DNA of 37,255 bases from Desulfobacteraceae bacterium (GCA_046496975.1 JAWOGI010000227.1:1-37255); one strand, 5' to 3'; shown: positions 8,680 through 17,400, counted from the stretch's first letter. The notes: a model not told the origin generated them from the letters alone. Made by a program: numbers and translations.

Positions 8680-9438
8680 TCACACCAGGGGCATCTGGAA
8701 GTTTGCAAGCTCCGCCCTTGTCTTGTGATCCGTGGCATCACACTGGATGGGGGTGATGGAGATGCAATTTTGTGACAGGGCATACACATCGGTTTCCGGC
8801 TCGTCACCAGCAGGTTCTGCGCTGCCGTACCAGAAATAGGGCCGGGTCTTGGGATCAAAGCGTTTTTCAAACCGGGTGGACAAATTGCTCTGGGCCTGCC
8901 GGGTGACCTTCACCCCGGAGATCTCTTTGAAGGGTCCATTGGGGGCATTGATGTTTAAAAAGGTGCCGCAGGGCAGACCGTTCTCTTTTACCCGGTTCAC
9001 CATATCAACTGTAAAGCGGGCCATGCTGCAAAAATCCATATTCTCCCCGTTTTTTATGGAGACGGCCAGGCTCGGCAGCCCGTTCAAGGCACCTTCCCTG
9101 GCTGCCGAGGCCGTACCCGAGTAGTTGATGTCAATGCCGATGTTGCAGCCGGGATTTATTCCTGAAACAACCATATCCGGAGGGGAGGTAAAGAGTTCAA
9201 ACAGGCCGAGCTTGATACAGTCTGCAGGGGTGCCGGCAACGGCAAATCCCTTCTTTCCCTCTCCCAGGTCGACGGTGTCGATTCTCACCGGGGCGTTCAG
9301 GGTAATGGCGTGACTCACCGCACTCTTTTCCCGGTCCGGCGCAATGAGAATAACATCGTGAAAAGCGCTGAGGGCTTCAAACAGAGCCATAATCCCCGGG
9401 GCATTGTATCCATCATCATTGGTAAGCAGAATTTTCAT
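8680..9438 (-). CDS. surE: 5'/3'-nucleotidase SurE
   Basis: 252 aa with the canonical N-terminus MKILLTNDDGYNAPGI and SurE-like length. Confidence 0.9.
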   Translation of the reverse strand: MKILLTNDDGYNAPGIMALFEALSAFHDVILIAPDREKSAVSHAITLNAPVRIDTVDLGEGKKGFAVAGTPADCIKLGLFELFTSPPDMVVSGINPGCNIGIDINYSGTASAAREGALNGLPSLAVSIKNGENMDFCSMARFTVDMVNRVKENGLPCGTFLNINAPNGPFKEISGVKVTRQAQSNLSTRFEKRFDPKTRPYFWYGSAEPAGDEPETDVYALSQNCISITPIQCDATDHKTRAELANFQMPLV

Positions 9439-9580
9439 GGTCTTCCCATCCTCGGTGTTCAGGTTGTTTTAATCACACATCTGGATAGCACTTTTTTCCG
9501 GCCAATGCAATATTATTAGGAATAAATGGCTTTCACTTCAGCCCGCCGCAGTTTGTCTGCGTTTTTTTCGATTTTCTTTA

Positions 9581-11677
9581 TTGTTGCGGCAACCCCGTCC
9601 TGGGCTTTTTTCAGCCCGGGGGCAAGGGCTGCATTCAATGATTGTTCAGCGTTGTTCAATGATTTTTAAATCCTCCTGCATGAACTGCCATGGAAATCCA
9701 AAGGACGCACCGGTGGAAATGCTGGAGATATACGGGGATAAAAACGGCTTTCACTACACACCGGGGGAAGTCGGCGGGGTCGTTGTGGCCGGTTTTCCGG
9801 TGGATCTCATTAAAACCCCCGCAAAGGAAATAACCAGGCAATACCTCACCCTCTACCTGCTTGGCATCCTGTTGTTTGCCGTTATGATCAGCGTGTTTTT
9901 TGATCAACTGGTCATGAAAAACCTCCACAACCTGACAGCGATTTTCAGATCCCGCTTCTCCGGAAAAGACGAACAGCGCCTCATAGAACGGCTTGGAAAG
10001 AATGATGAAATCGAAGGGCTCATCCAGGGAATCGATGAAATTGCAGTCTGCCTTTCAGATGCAAGGAAAAAACTCGAGGACTATGCCGAGAACCTGGCCG
10101 TCAAGGTGGACAAGAGAACAAAAGAGATCCAGGAGAAGGCGGAAAAGCACCGGGCCGATGTCGGGCTGTTCCTGAAAATGCTGGCCGGTTTTGGCAGCAC
10201 CAGCAACACAGGGGAGGTGATATCCAGGGCACTGGAATCCATCGGAAAACGGTTTCATGCAAATCAGGTGATCTACCACTGCACCGTGGCATCGGAAAAC
10301 GCCTATGCATGGCGCCAGGCTCCGGAAATCGAAGAACTCCCCGGACATATCAAGGGAATTCTCTGGAAAGACGAGGTCCTCCAGATGAAAAACAGATGGT
10401 ATATACCGGTGAAATCCCTTGAAAGCCACTGGGGGATCCTCTGCGTCTCATGGAAGCTGCCCCGGGAAAACGGAGATATTGACACGGCTTTCCTGCTGGC
10501 CCTGGGCCAGCAGCTGGCCATCCTCATCGAAAACATCCAGGCCTTTTCCAATGTGAAATTTCAAAATGACATGCTCCAGTCGGTATTCGAGGGGATTTCT
10601 GATCCCCTGCTCCTCATCGACGCAAAGGGCACCATTTTCATGGCAAACCGAGGCAGCGGGGAGATCCTTGCCCAAAAAGAGAAAAAAGAACGGGAAGAGA
10701 AACTCAAAAAGTTTCTGTCCATCCAGGACAACGCCCCCCCAGCAGAAAACATCCTGAAGATCATGGCTGAAAGGGAAGAGCCGGTGAGCCGGGAAGTTAA
10801 AACCGGTGACAACAGATCCTTCAGGGTCTCTTTCTACCCCCTCCCCAGGAGAAAACAGGCAGACTTGAAAATTGTGGTTTATGCCAGAGATATCACCCTG
10901 GAAAAACAGATGGTGCAGCGAATGCAGCAGGCCGAACGCCTCAGTTCCGTGGGAAAAATGGCAGCGGGCATTGCCCATGAAATCAACAATCCCCTGGGAG
11001 TTGTCCGCTGTTATACAGACCTGGTCAGTGACGCGGCAACTGATCCGGAAATGGTTGAAGACTTGAAAATCATTGAAAAACATACCATAACGGCCCAGAA
11101 TGTGGTCCAGGATCTGTTAACGCTCTCCAGGCCCAAACCACTGGTGTACGAAGGGTGCCGGATCAATACCGTAATCCTGGATGCCGTGAAGGTGTTCCAG
11201 GCCCAGTCCGCCTCCAAAGAGATCCAGGTGATCTCCAGGCTGGAAAACCAACTGCCGGAGATCCAATGCAGCACCGACATCCTTGAACAGATCCTGACAA
11301 ACATCTGGATCAACGCATTTGATGCCCTCCAGGAAACCGGCGGAGAAGTGACCATCACAACGGCCATGGAGTGGGACAGCGGCGAGGTGCTGCTCACCAT
11401 CCAGGACAACGGCCCCGGAATACCCAAGGAGCTGCTGGAAAACATCTTTGATCCCTTTTTCACCACCAAGGCCGTGGGCAAGGGAACCGTTGAAACGGCC
11501 GTGGAGGCGTTGAAAAAAGAGGCCCTGGACCACTTTTCCAGAAACTACCTGGACAAGGTGTTTGAAAAAACCCGGGGCAATATTGCTGAGACATCAAGGA
11601 TCAGCGGACTGGAAAGGGCCTCCATCCAGAAGATCGTCAAACGGCTGGCCATTGACATGTCCCTCTACCGGGGGTAG
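9581..11677 (+). CDS. Degenerate/chimeric sensor kinase: short heme-type (DUF3365-like CxxCH) sensor piece, TM, GAF/PAS-like region, HisKA, HATPase truncated at the G2 box and fused to a Fis-type HTH
   Basis: CMNCHGNPKDAPVEMLEIYGDKNGF (DUF3365-like), H-box AHEINNPL, N box NIWINAFDAL, DNGPGIP, FDPFFTTKAVGKGT. It then switches abruptly (about 11488) to ..FSRNYLDKVFEKTRGNIAETSRISGLERASIQKIVKRL, which is a NtrC-family HTH_8 tail. The listed start is TTG; ATG alternatives are at 9638 and 9659. Confidence 0.6.
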   Translation: MLRQPRPGLFSARGQGLHSMIVQRCSMIFKSSCMNCHGNPKDAPVEMLEIYGDKNGFHYTPGEVGGVVVAGFPVDLIKTPAKEITRQYLTLYLLGILLFAVMISVFFDQLVMKNLHNLTAIFRSRFSGKDEQRLIERLGKNDEIEGLIQGIDEIAVCLSDARKKLEDYAENLAVKVDKRTKEIQEKAEKHRADVGLFLKMLAGFGSTSNTGEVISRALESIGKRFHANQVIYHCTVASENAYAWRQAPEIEELPGHIKGILWKDEVLQMKNRWYIPVKSLESHWGILCVSWKLPRENGDIDTAFLLALGQQLAILIENIQAFSNVKFQNDMLQSVFEGISDPLLLIDAKGTIFMANRGSGEILAQKEKKEREEKLKKFLSIQDNAPPAENILKIMAEREEPVSREVKTGDNRSFRVSFYPLPRRKQADLKIVVYARDITLEKQMVQRMQQAERLSSVGKMAAGIAHEINNPLGVVRCYTDLVSDAATDPEMVEDLKIIEKHTITAQNVVQDLLTLSRPKPLVYEGCRINTVILDAVKVFQAQSASKEIQVISRLENQLPEIQCSTDILEQILTNIWINAFDALQETGGEVTITTAMEWDSGEVLLTIQDNGPGIPKELLENIFDPFFTTKAVGKGTVETAVEALKKEALDHFSRNYLDKVFEKTRGNIAETSRISGLERASIQKIVKRLAIDMSLYRG

Positions 11678-11708
11678 GGGGCTGTGCAGGGAGATCCTCC
11701 TTTTTTTC

Positions 11709-11737
11709 TTGACCGGAAAGACCTTCTCTCCTATAGT
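11709..11737 (+). promoter_or_regulatory. Candidate sigma70 promoter for the SNase-like gene
   Basis: TTGACC (11709-11714), 17-nt spacer, TATAGT (11732-11737), about 70 nt upstream of ATG 11809. Confidence 0.45.
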
Positions 11738-11808
11738 TTCACTATTCGCTCACTGTTTACCCAATATCCTGATCCTGCAACGCCGACTTCAACCCCAAGA
11801 GAGGCATC

Positions 11809-12486
11809 ATGCGCGTTACGGTAACCAAACCGATAACCAGGAGAATGGTCATCAAAACAGGAATTATGCTTCTCCTGACCATTTTTCTGGCACCCTCTTG
11901 GTCAGAGCCGGAGATCTATGTCTGGACCGACAGCCGAGGCATCAGGCATTTCAGCAATGTTTCCCCTCCCCGGGAGAACAGGCAGGTTCAAACCTTCAGC
12001 GAAAACAGCCAGGGCAACCTGGCCCTTTCCCGGATCAAAAACAAACGGGATCTGTTCCGGGTTGTCAAGGTGTACGACGGGGATTCCATTAAAGTAAAGA
12101 ACAACACCCTCACCCTGATGGTGAGGCTTGTGGGGATCGATGCACCGGAATCCGGTCATGGAAAACTTGCCGGCCAGCCTTACAGCAGCGAGTCAAAACA
12201 GCTTCTGGAACGCCTCCTGTCAGGAAAAACGGTTCGCATCAAAAGCTATGGCACCGGCGGGTACAACCGGCAGCTGGCGGAGATTTTTGTCAACAGGAAA
12301 AACATCAACCTTGAAATGCTGAAAAACGGAATGGCAGAGGTGTACAGAGGAACTCCCCCGAAAGATCTTGAGACCGACCCCTACCGCAGGGCCCAGGCCG
12401 CTGCGAAACGGGCCGGAAAAGGGATCTGGTCCCTTGGCCGGCAATACAAGAGCCCGAAAACATGGCGAAGGGAGCACCCCAGGTAA
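11809..12486 (+). CDS. Secreted thermonuclease (SNase-like) with DUF4124-like N-terminal segment
   Basis: 225 aa. N-terminal hydrophobic signal, IYVWTDSRGIRHFSN (DUF4124-like), then VVKVYDGDSIKV..VRLVGIDAPE, typical of staphylococcal-nuclease homologues. Confidence 0.8.
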   Translation: MRVTVTKPITRRMVIKTGIMLLLTIFLAPSWSEPEIYVWTDSRGIRHFSNVSPPRENRQVQTFSENSQGNLALSRIKNKRDLFRVVKVYDGDSIKVKNNTLTLMVRLVGIDAPESGHGKLAGQPYSSESKQLLERLLSGKTVRIKSYGTGGYNRQLAEIFVNRKNINLEMLKNGMAEVYRGTPPKDLETDPYRRAQAAAKRAGKGIWSLGRQYKSPKTWRREHPR

Positions 12487-12598
12487 CCAGCACACGGGCA
12501 CAAGCCTGACCCGTTGCCAACGAAGCAACGAATCGAGCTGAAGAAAAAGACAGCATACTCTTGGATTATTCAAGCTTTTTTGCCTGTGCCTTGAAAAC

Positions 12599-12735
12599 TC
12601 ATATAGCGGCCATGAGCATCGTGCTCACAACAGCTGCCGCTGACCTCGGAGCAAATCTTGGATGATTTGCGTGACTCGAAGAGGGGCCTTGGCTCCATGA
12701 GCGCAGGGCAAAACCCGGATAGGCTGCTTGGAAAA
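12599..12735. repeat. Hairpin-repeat family 1, shortened copy A
   Basis: atagcggccatgagcatcgtgctcacaac..agctgccgctgacctcggagca..atgagcgcagggcaaaacccggataggctgc aligns with segments of 23735-23930, with internal deletions. It lies just downstream of the GNAT toxin stop. Confidence 0.7.
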
Positions 12736-12744
12736 GAGCCACAT

Positions 12745-13266
12745 TCAACCGCTCATCATGCAGTTTAATAATTTCCATGATAACATCAATGTCATGGGGT
12801 GGCCTGGCAGTTCCTCGAAATCGTAGCGCTGGTAGAATGTTTTTGCGCTTTTTGTTGCACAGTCCAGTAAAACCGCCACAAATGGCATCATCTGGCCGGT
12901 GCGGTGACAATCGGCAAATGCCTGTGCCAAGAGTCGTTCTCCATGCCCTTGGCCCTGGAAGCGTTTGTCCAGCCCTAACCAGGCCAGAGTGACGATGGGC
13001 AACAGGGTGCCTGGCAATGTTTTAACCATTTCGTGAGGGAGTTCATCAAAGTTCACTTGCCCCATGGCCAGTGTGTAGTAACCGGCAATAGTATCGGGCT
13101 CTTTCAAGAGAATTCTGGTAATGGAAAGTCGTTTTGTCTGGGCCTGACGTGCGCGTTTTTTCAGCCATTCATCTACCGCGTCAACGCCACTGTGAAAGTC
13201 AGCACGATTGTGGCGTTTTTCCAGTTGTTCGATGGAAAAACAGTTGGGCCACCGCACTGGCTTCAC
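12745..13266 (-). CDS. GNAT-family acetyltransferase toxin (TacT/KacT-like)
   Basis: The likely start is GTG at 13266, overlapping the antitoxin stop (GTGA). The acetyl-CoA motif RFQGQGHGERLL is present. The size (173 aa) and the upstream DUF1778 partner are typical of this type II TA class. The longer ATG-started ORF to 13341 overlaps the partner gene and is less likely. Confidence 0.8.
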   Translation of the reverse strand: MKPVRWPNCFSIEQLEKRHNRADFHSGVDAVDEWLKKRARQAQTKRLSITRILLKEPDTIAGYYTLAMGQVNFDELPHEMVKTLPGTLLPIVTLAWLGLDKRFQGQGHGERLLAQAFADCHRTGQMMPFVAVLLDCATKSAKTFYQRYDFEELPGHPMTLMLSWKLLNCMMSG

Positions 13267-13538
13267 GCATCCCCCTGCATGATTTTTCCCAGCTTGCGCT
13301 GGGCCTTTGTAAGTTTTACAGGGGCCTGAAGCGCCAACCAAAATCGTTCCTGCTCATCCGCGGTCATCTGCAGAACCTGATTTTTGGCCTGTTCAACTTC
13401 CTTTTTTGCTGTAGGTACCAATACCAGGCGGATATAGTCAGACAACCCCACATGACGCAATTTTGCTGCTTGTATAACGGCCTGCTTGCTTTTGGGATCC
13501 AACCGAGCCTGGAGAGTCTTTGTTGCTCTGTTCATCAT
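13263..13538 (-). CDS. DUF1778 (RHH, TacA-like) antitoxin
   Basis: 91 aa. Its position upstream of and overlapping a GNAT toxin, and its sequence character (..TLQARLDPKSKQAVIQAAKLRHVGLSDYI..), fit DUF1778 antitoxins. RBS gaggtg. Confidence 0.8.
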   Translation of the reverse strand: MMNRATKTLQARLDPKSKQAVIQAAKLRHVGLSDYIRLVLVPTAKKEVEQAKNQVLQMTADEQERFWLALQAPVKLTKAQRKLGKIMQGDA

Positions 13539-13556
13539 AATTCACCTCTGCTGAAC

Positions 13557-13585
13557 AATGTACTCCGATCTGCATGCACTGTCAA
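13557..13585 (-). promoter_or_regulatory. Candidate sigma70 promoter of the TA operon with palindromic spacer
   Basis: On the minus strand: TTGACA (13580-13585), 17-nt spacer, TACATT (13557-13562). The spacer contains the perfect 8-bp palindrome TGCATGCA (13571-13578), a possible autorepression site. Confidence 0.5.
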
Positions 13586-13590
13586 GCACT

Positions 13591-13750
13591 TAGGGATTTT
13601 CCAAAAAATAATCCTCGCATCCTGCTTGTCGTTTTGCCCGTCTTCTGGGTTGCGCCAATGGGACATATTCCAATATGCTCCCATTGGCGCAACCTAAAGG
13701 CAGACAAAAATGCTGCGCACTATGCGTATATTATTTTCTTCCAGATCCCT
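13591..13750. repeat. Long imperfect palindrome (repeat family 3), MITE-like or structured-RNA-like element
   Basis: The core ggttgcgccaatgggacatatt-cc-aatatgctcccattggcgcaacc (13648-13694) forms a ~22-bp stem. The flanking arms (13591-13647 and 13695-13750) are weaker mutual reverse complements. The left arm recurs at 25492-25568. Confidence 0.7.
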
Positions 13751-13990
13751 TACAGCGAGGTTATACAAGAGATATTATGGGTTTCCTAATTCTTTTTTTT
13801 GTGTTTTACTGGTAACAATTGATACTGGACGATGACAGGATGACGGTCATAACAGGCTGTCCATGCAATGGCATGTCTTGATCGTAACCTGGACCATGGA
13901 ATGGATGGATCCATCGACCAGCGGCTCCGGGTGCAATGATGACCCCGTCCCAATGGTAAAAACAGGAAACACAAGGAGGAATATCCCGGT

Positions 13991-14173
13991 ATGAAGACAC
14001 AACCCCGATGTGAACAGTGCGCATTCAGATCACGCTTTGACAACAACCCAGCCTCCATTTTGGGCAGATTATGGCGCTGGCATATCAAATGGTGCCCGGG
14101 CTGGAAGCGGTATCTTGCCTCCCTGACCGATGAAGAGCGCAGAAGCATCAAAGATCAATACACAATCCGATAA
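13991..14173 (+). CDS. Small Cys-rich hypothetical protein (CxxC .. WCPGW)
   Basis: 60 aa, strong RBS (aaggagg, 11 nt before the ATG). Four Cys/His-type positions (CEQC, WHIKWCPGW). No function recognised. Confidence 0.45.
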   Translation: MKTQPRCEQCAFRSRFDNNPASILGRLWRWHIKWCPGWKRYLASLTDEERRSIKDQYTIR

Positions 14174-14213
14174 CAACCATGAGTCAAAAACTCAAAAAAA
14201 ACAATAAAAGCCC

Positions 14214-16343
14214 ATGACCATTATACAAGCGATCAGCCGGGAAACCGATTTTCCCGAAAAACAGGTAGCTGCCGTCATCGAGCTGCTGGACCAGGGGTGT
14301 ACCATCCCCTTCATGGCACGGTACCGGAAAGAGCAGACCGGCTCCCTGGACGAGGTGGCCCTGGCCGGTATCCGGGACAGGGCGGCAGGCCTGAAGGCCC
14401 TGGCGGCAAGAAAAGAGGCGATCATAAAGTCCCTGAAAGAGCGGGAACTCTTCACAAAATCCCTGGAAAACGCCATTGACAGTGCTTCCTCCATGGCCGG
14501 ACTGGAGGATCTCTATGAACAGTACCGGCCCAAAAAGAGGACCAGGGCCAGCATGGCAAAGGAGAGGGGACTGGAGCCCCTTGCCCGCTGGATTCTGGAC
14601 TGCCCGGAAAAAGCCCCTGAAACAGAGGCCGGAAAGTACGTTGATGCGGACCGGAAGATTGCCTCCGCCGAGGAGGCCCTGGCAGGGGCCAGGGACATCA
14701 TTGCCGAGATGATCAATGACGATCCCCGGGTGCGGGGTGAGATCAGAAAGCTCTTTTTCCGTTCCGCCCTGATCACATCCGCCGTGAAAAAGGGCAAAAA
14801 AGAGGAAGGCAGCAAATACAGAGACTATTTTGAGTGGTCCGAACCGGCGTTCAAGGCCCCCTCCCACCGGGTACTGGCAATGCTCCGGGGCAGCAACGAA
14901 TCCCTGCTCACCGTGCATGTTCTGCCCAGTGAAGAAAAAGCCCTGGAAATCATCCACCGGTTCTACCTTAAACAAAAGAGAGCCGGTGCCGGCAACCGTG
15001 CCCAGATCCAGGAGGCCGTCAGGGATGCCTACAAACGGCTGCTCTCCAAATCCATTGAAAAAGAGAGCCTCCAGAGCCTGAAAAAAGCCGCCGATGAACA
15101 GGCCGTGGCCGTTTTTGTCAACAACCTCGAACAGCTGCTCCTGGCACCGCCCCTGGGAGAGAAGCCGATCCTGGCCATCGATCCGGGGTTCAGGACCGGA
15201 TGCAAGGTGGTCTGCCTGGATGCCAATGGAAAACTGCTCTGCCATGACGTGATCTTTCCCCTGGCCGGCAGCGGCCAAAAGGCCGCCAAAACCGTTGAAA
15301 AGCTTGTCCGGCAGCACGCTGTTCAGGCCATTGCCATCGGGAACGGTACGGCGGGCCGGGAGACGGAACAGTTCGTAAAGACATTGAACCTGCCCGACAA
15401 TGTTGAAACGGTCATGGTGGACGAAAGCGGGGCCTCCATCTATTCAGCCTCAAAAACAGCGAGAAACGAGTTCCCCGACCACGACATCACGGTGAGGGGG
15501 GCCGTTTCCATTGGGCGGCGCCTCATGGACCCCCTGGCAGAGCTTGTCAAGATCGATCCCCGCTCCATTGGTGTGGGCCAGTACCAGCACGATGTGGACC
15601 AGAAGCTTCTGGCCGGTGCCCTGGACGATGTCATAAAAAGCTGCGTCAACCGGGTGGGAGTGGACGCCAATACGGCCAGCAGGGAGCTTCTGGCCAAGGT
15701 GTCCGGCCTCAATGCCGCCATTGCCGCCAATATGGTGGCCTTTCGGGACGAAAACGGCGCCTTTGCCACCCGCAAGAGCTTCTTAAAGGTGCCAAGACTT
15801 GGCCCCAAGGCCTTTGAACAGGCCGCCGGGTTCCTCAGGCTCCGCAACAGCAAGAATCCCCTGGATAGAAGCGGCATCCACCCGGAATCCTATGGTGTCG
15901 TGGAACAGATGGCCAGGGATGAGGGGTGCACCATCGACGACCTCATCGGCAACCGAGAGGCGGCTAGAACCATCGATGTAAAAAAATATGTGACCAGTGA
16001 GAGGGGCATGCCCACGTTGAAGGATATCCTGGCGGAGTTGTCCGCCCCTGGCAGGGACCCCCGCCAGCCCTTCCAGAGCTTCTCCTTTGACGACACCATC
16101 CACTCCATCACCGATCTGGCCCCGGGAATGACCGTTCCCGGTATTGTCACCAACGTCACAGCTTTCGGGGCTTTCGTGGACATCGGGGTCCACCAGGACG
16201 GCCTGGTGCATATCAGTGAACTTGCCGACCGGTTTGTCAAGGACCCCAACGAGGTGGTCACGGTGCGGCAGCAGGTGAGGGTCAGGGTGGTTTCCGTGGA
16301 TGCGGAAAGGAAGCGGATCTCCCTTTCCATGAAATCAATATAA
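14214..16343 (+). CDS. tex: Tex-like transcription accessory protein (S1 RNA-binding domain)
   Basis: 709 aa. The N-terminus ..VAAVIELLDQGCTIPFMARYRKE and the C-terminal S1 domain GMTVPGIVTNVTAFGAFVDIGVHQDGLVHISEL are characteristic of Tex. Confidence 0.9.
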   Translation: MTIIQAISRETDFPEKQVAAVIELLDQGCTIPFMARYRKEQTGSLDEVALAGIRDRAAGLKALAARKEAIIKSLKERELFTKSLENAIDSASSMAGLEDLYEQYRPKKRTRASMAKERGLEPLARWILDCPEKAPETEAGKYVDADRKIASAEEALAGARDIIAEMINDDPRVRGEIRKLFFRSALITSAVKKGKKEEGSKYRDYFEWSEPAFKAPSHRVLAMLRGSNESLLTVHVLPSEEKALEIIHRFYLKQKRAGAGNRAQIQEAVRDAYKRLLSKSIEKESLQSLKKAADEQAVAVFVNNLEQLLLAPPLGEKPILAIDPGFRTGCKVVCLDANGKLLCHDVIFPLAGSGQKAAKTVEKLVRQHAVQAIAIGNGTAGRETEQFVKTLNLPDNVETVMVDESGASIYSASKTARNEFPDHDITVRGAVSIGRRLMDPLAELVKIDPRSIGVGQYQHDVDQKLLAGALDDVIKSCVNRVGVDANTASRELLAKVSGLNAAIAANMVAFRDENGAFATRKSFLKVPRLGPKAFEQAAGFLRLRNSKNPLDRSGIHPESYGVVEQMARDEGCTIDDLIGNREAARTIDVKKYVTSERGMPTLKDILAELSAPGRDPRQPFQSFSFDDTIHSITDLAPGMTVPGIVTNVTAFGAFVDIGVHQDGLVHISELADRFVKDPNEVVTVRQQVRVRVVSVDAERKRISLSMKSI

Positions 16344-16360
16344 CCGGCATGGCCGGCACA
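16337..16360. repeat. Single unit of hairpin-repeat family 1 containing the tex stop codon
   Basis: aatataaccggcatggccggcaca closely resembles catataaaccggcatggccggtcca at 23946-23970. Hairpin ccggc-atg-gccgg. The tex stop TAA (16341-16343) lies inside the conserved TATAA motif. Confidence 0.5.
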
Positions 16361-16373
16361 GGGAGTTTCAAGG

Positions 16374-17345
16374 ATGAAAGCACTGGTCTATAAAAACAAC
16401 AGCATCGCCCTGGACTGCCACTTTCCAGAACCTGCACCGAAACCGGGGGAGGTTTTGATCCGGGTGCTCATGTCAGGGATCTGCAACACGGATCTTGAGA
16501 TCATGAACGGCTACAAGGAATTTTCCGGTGTGCCGGGACACGAATTTGCAGGGATAGTGGAACAGGCCCGGGAGAGGGATTTAATCGGAAAGCGGGTGAC
16601 AGGAGAGATCAACTGCCCCTGCAACAGATGCGAAACCTGCTTAAGCGGAGAGACCACCCACTGCCCCCACCGATCGGCTCTGGGGATTCTGGGAAGAGAC
16701 GGTGCCATGGCCGAATTCTGTTCCCTTCCCCGGGAGAACCTTGTCATCCTTCCCGACCGGATTTCCATCAGGGAGGCGGTTTTTATCGAACCCCTGGCAG
16801 CGGCCCTGGAAATCACCCAGCGCCTTCACATCCCCCCCGCCTCGTCGGTGATGGTGATCGGAGACGGCAAGCTTGGCCTTCTCATTGCCCAGGTTTTGAG
16901 ACTGACAGGGTGCAGGCTTCTCGTGGCGGGAAGGCACAAGGCAAAACTGAAGATCCTGGAGGCCATGGATATTCCCACCTGCCGTGACAGGGATATAGAT
17001 CCATCATCGTGCCAGGCCGACACTGTTGTGGAGTGCACAGGCCATGGCGGGGGATTCGAACTTGCCAGACGATGCGTAAGACCAGGGGGCAGGATCGTTC
17101 TGAAAAGCACCTTTCACAGTGTCCCCCAGGTGGACCTCACCTCCCTTGTGGTAAATGAGATCCAGGTGACAGGCTCCAGGTGCGGCCCCTTTGCCCCTGC
17201 CGTAAGGCTGCTGGAGCAGGGGCTTGTCAAGGTAACCCCCCTCATTGACAGGGAGTTTGCCCTTGATGACGGTGTGGCGGCCTTCCGGTACGCCGGACAA
17301 AAGGGACGGCTGAAAGTGCTGATAAACCACCAGGACAACGGTTAA
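16374..17345 (+). CDS. Zinc-dependent alcohol/threonine dehydrogenase-family (MDR) oxidoreductase
   Basis: 323 aa. GHEFAG catalytic-zinc motif, structural-zinc cluster CPCNRCETCLSGETTHC, Rossmann GDGKLG. Confidence 0.85.
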   Translation: MKALVYKNNSIALDCHFPEPAPKPGEVLIRVLMSGICNTDLEIMNGYKEFSGVPGHEFAGIVEQARERDLIGKRVTGEINCPCNRCETCLSGETTHCPHRSALGILGRDGAMAEFCSLPRENLVILPDRISIREAVFIEPLAAALEITQRLHIPPASSVMVIGDGKLGLLIAQVLRLTGCRLLVAGRHKAKLKILEAMDIPTCRDRDIDPSSCQADTVVECTGHGGGFELARRCVRPGGRIVLKSTFHSVPQVDLTSLVVNEIQVTGSRCGPFAPAVRLLEQGLVKVTPLIDREFALDDGVAAFRYAGQKGRLKVLINHQDNG

Positions 17346-17400
17346 GGCAGCTGTCAGCGTCCCCCCGATCCGATGGGCGACACCGTGACCCCCCTGTTGT

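Noticed and set aside
11660-11708. Terminator after the chimeric kinase (ggag-atc-ctcc followed by T7).
   Set aside because: The stem is only 4 bp with a 3-nt loop, too weak to call despite the T-run.
11888-11901. Sigma54-like TGGCAC-N5-TTGG element.
   Set aside because: It is inside the SNase-like coding region, the -12 element is TTGG rather than TTGC, and there is no downstream gene start.
17051-17062. tRNA T-arm-like string gggattcgaact.
   Set aside because: It lies inside the well-supported ADH coding sequence, and no cloverleaf can be drawn from the flanks.
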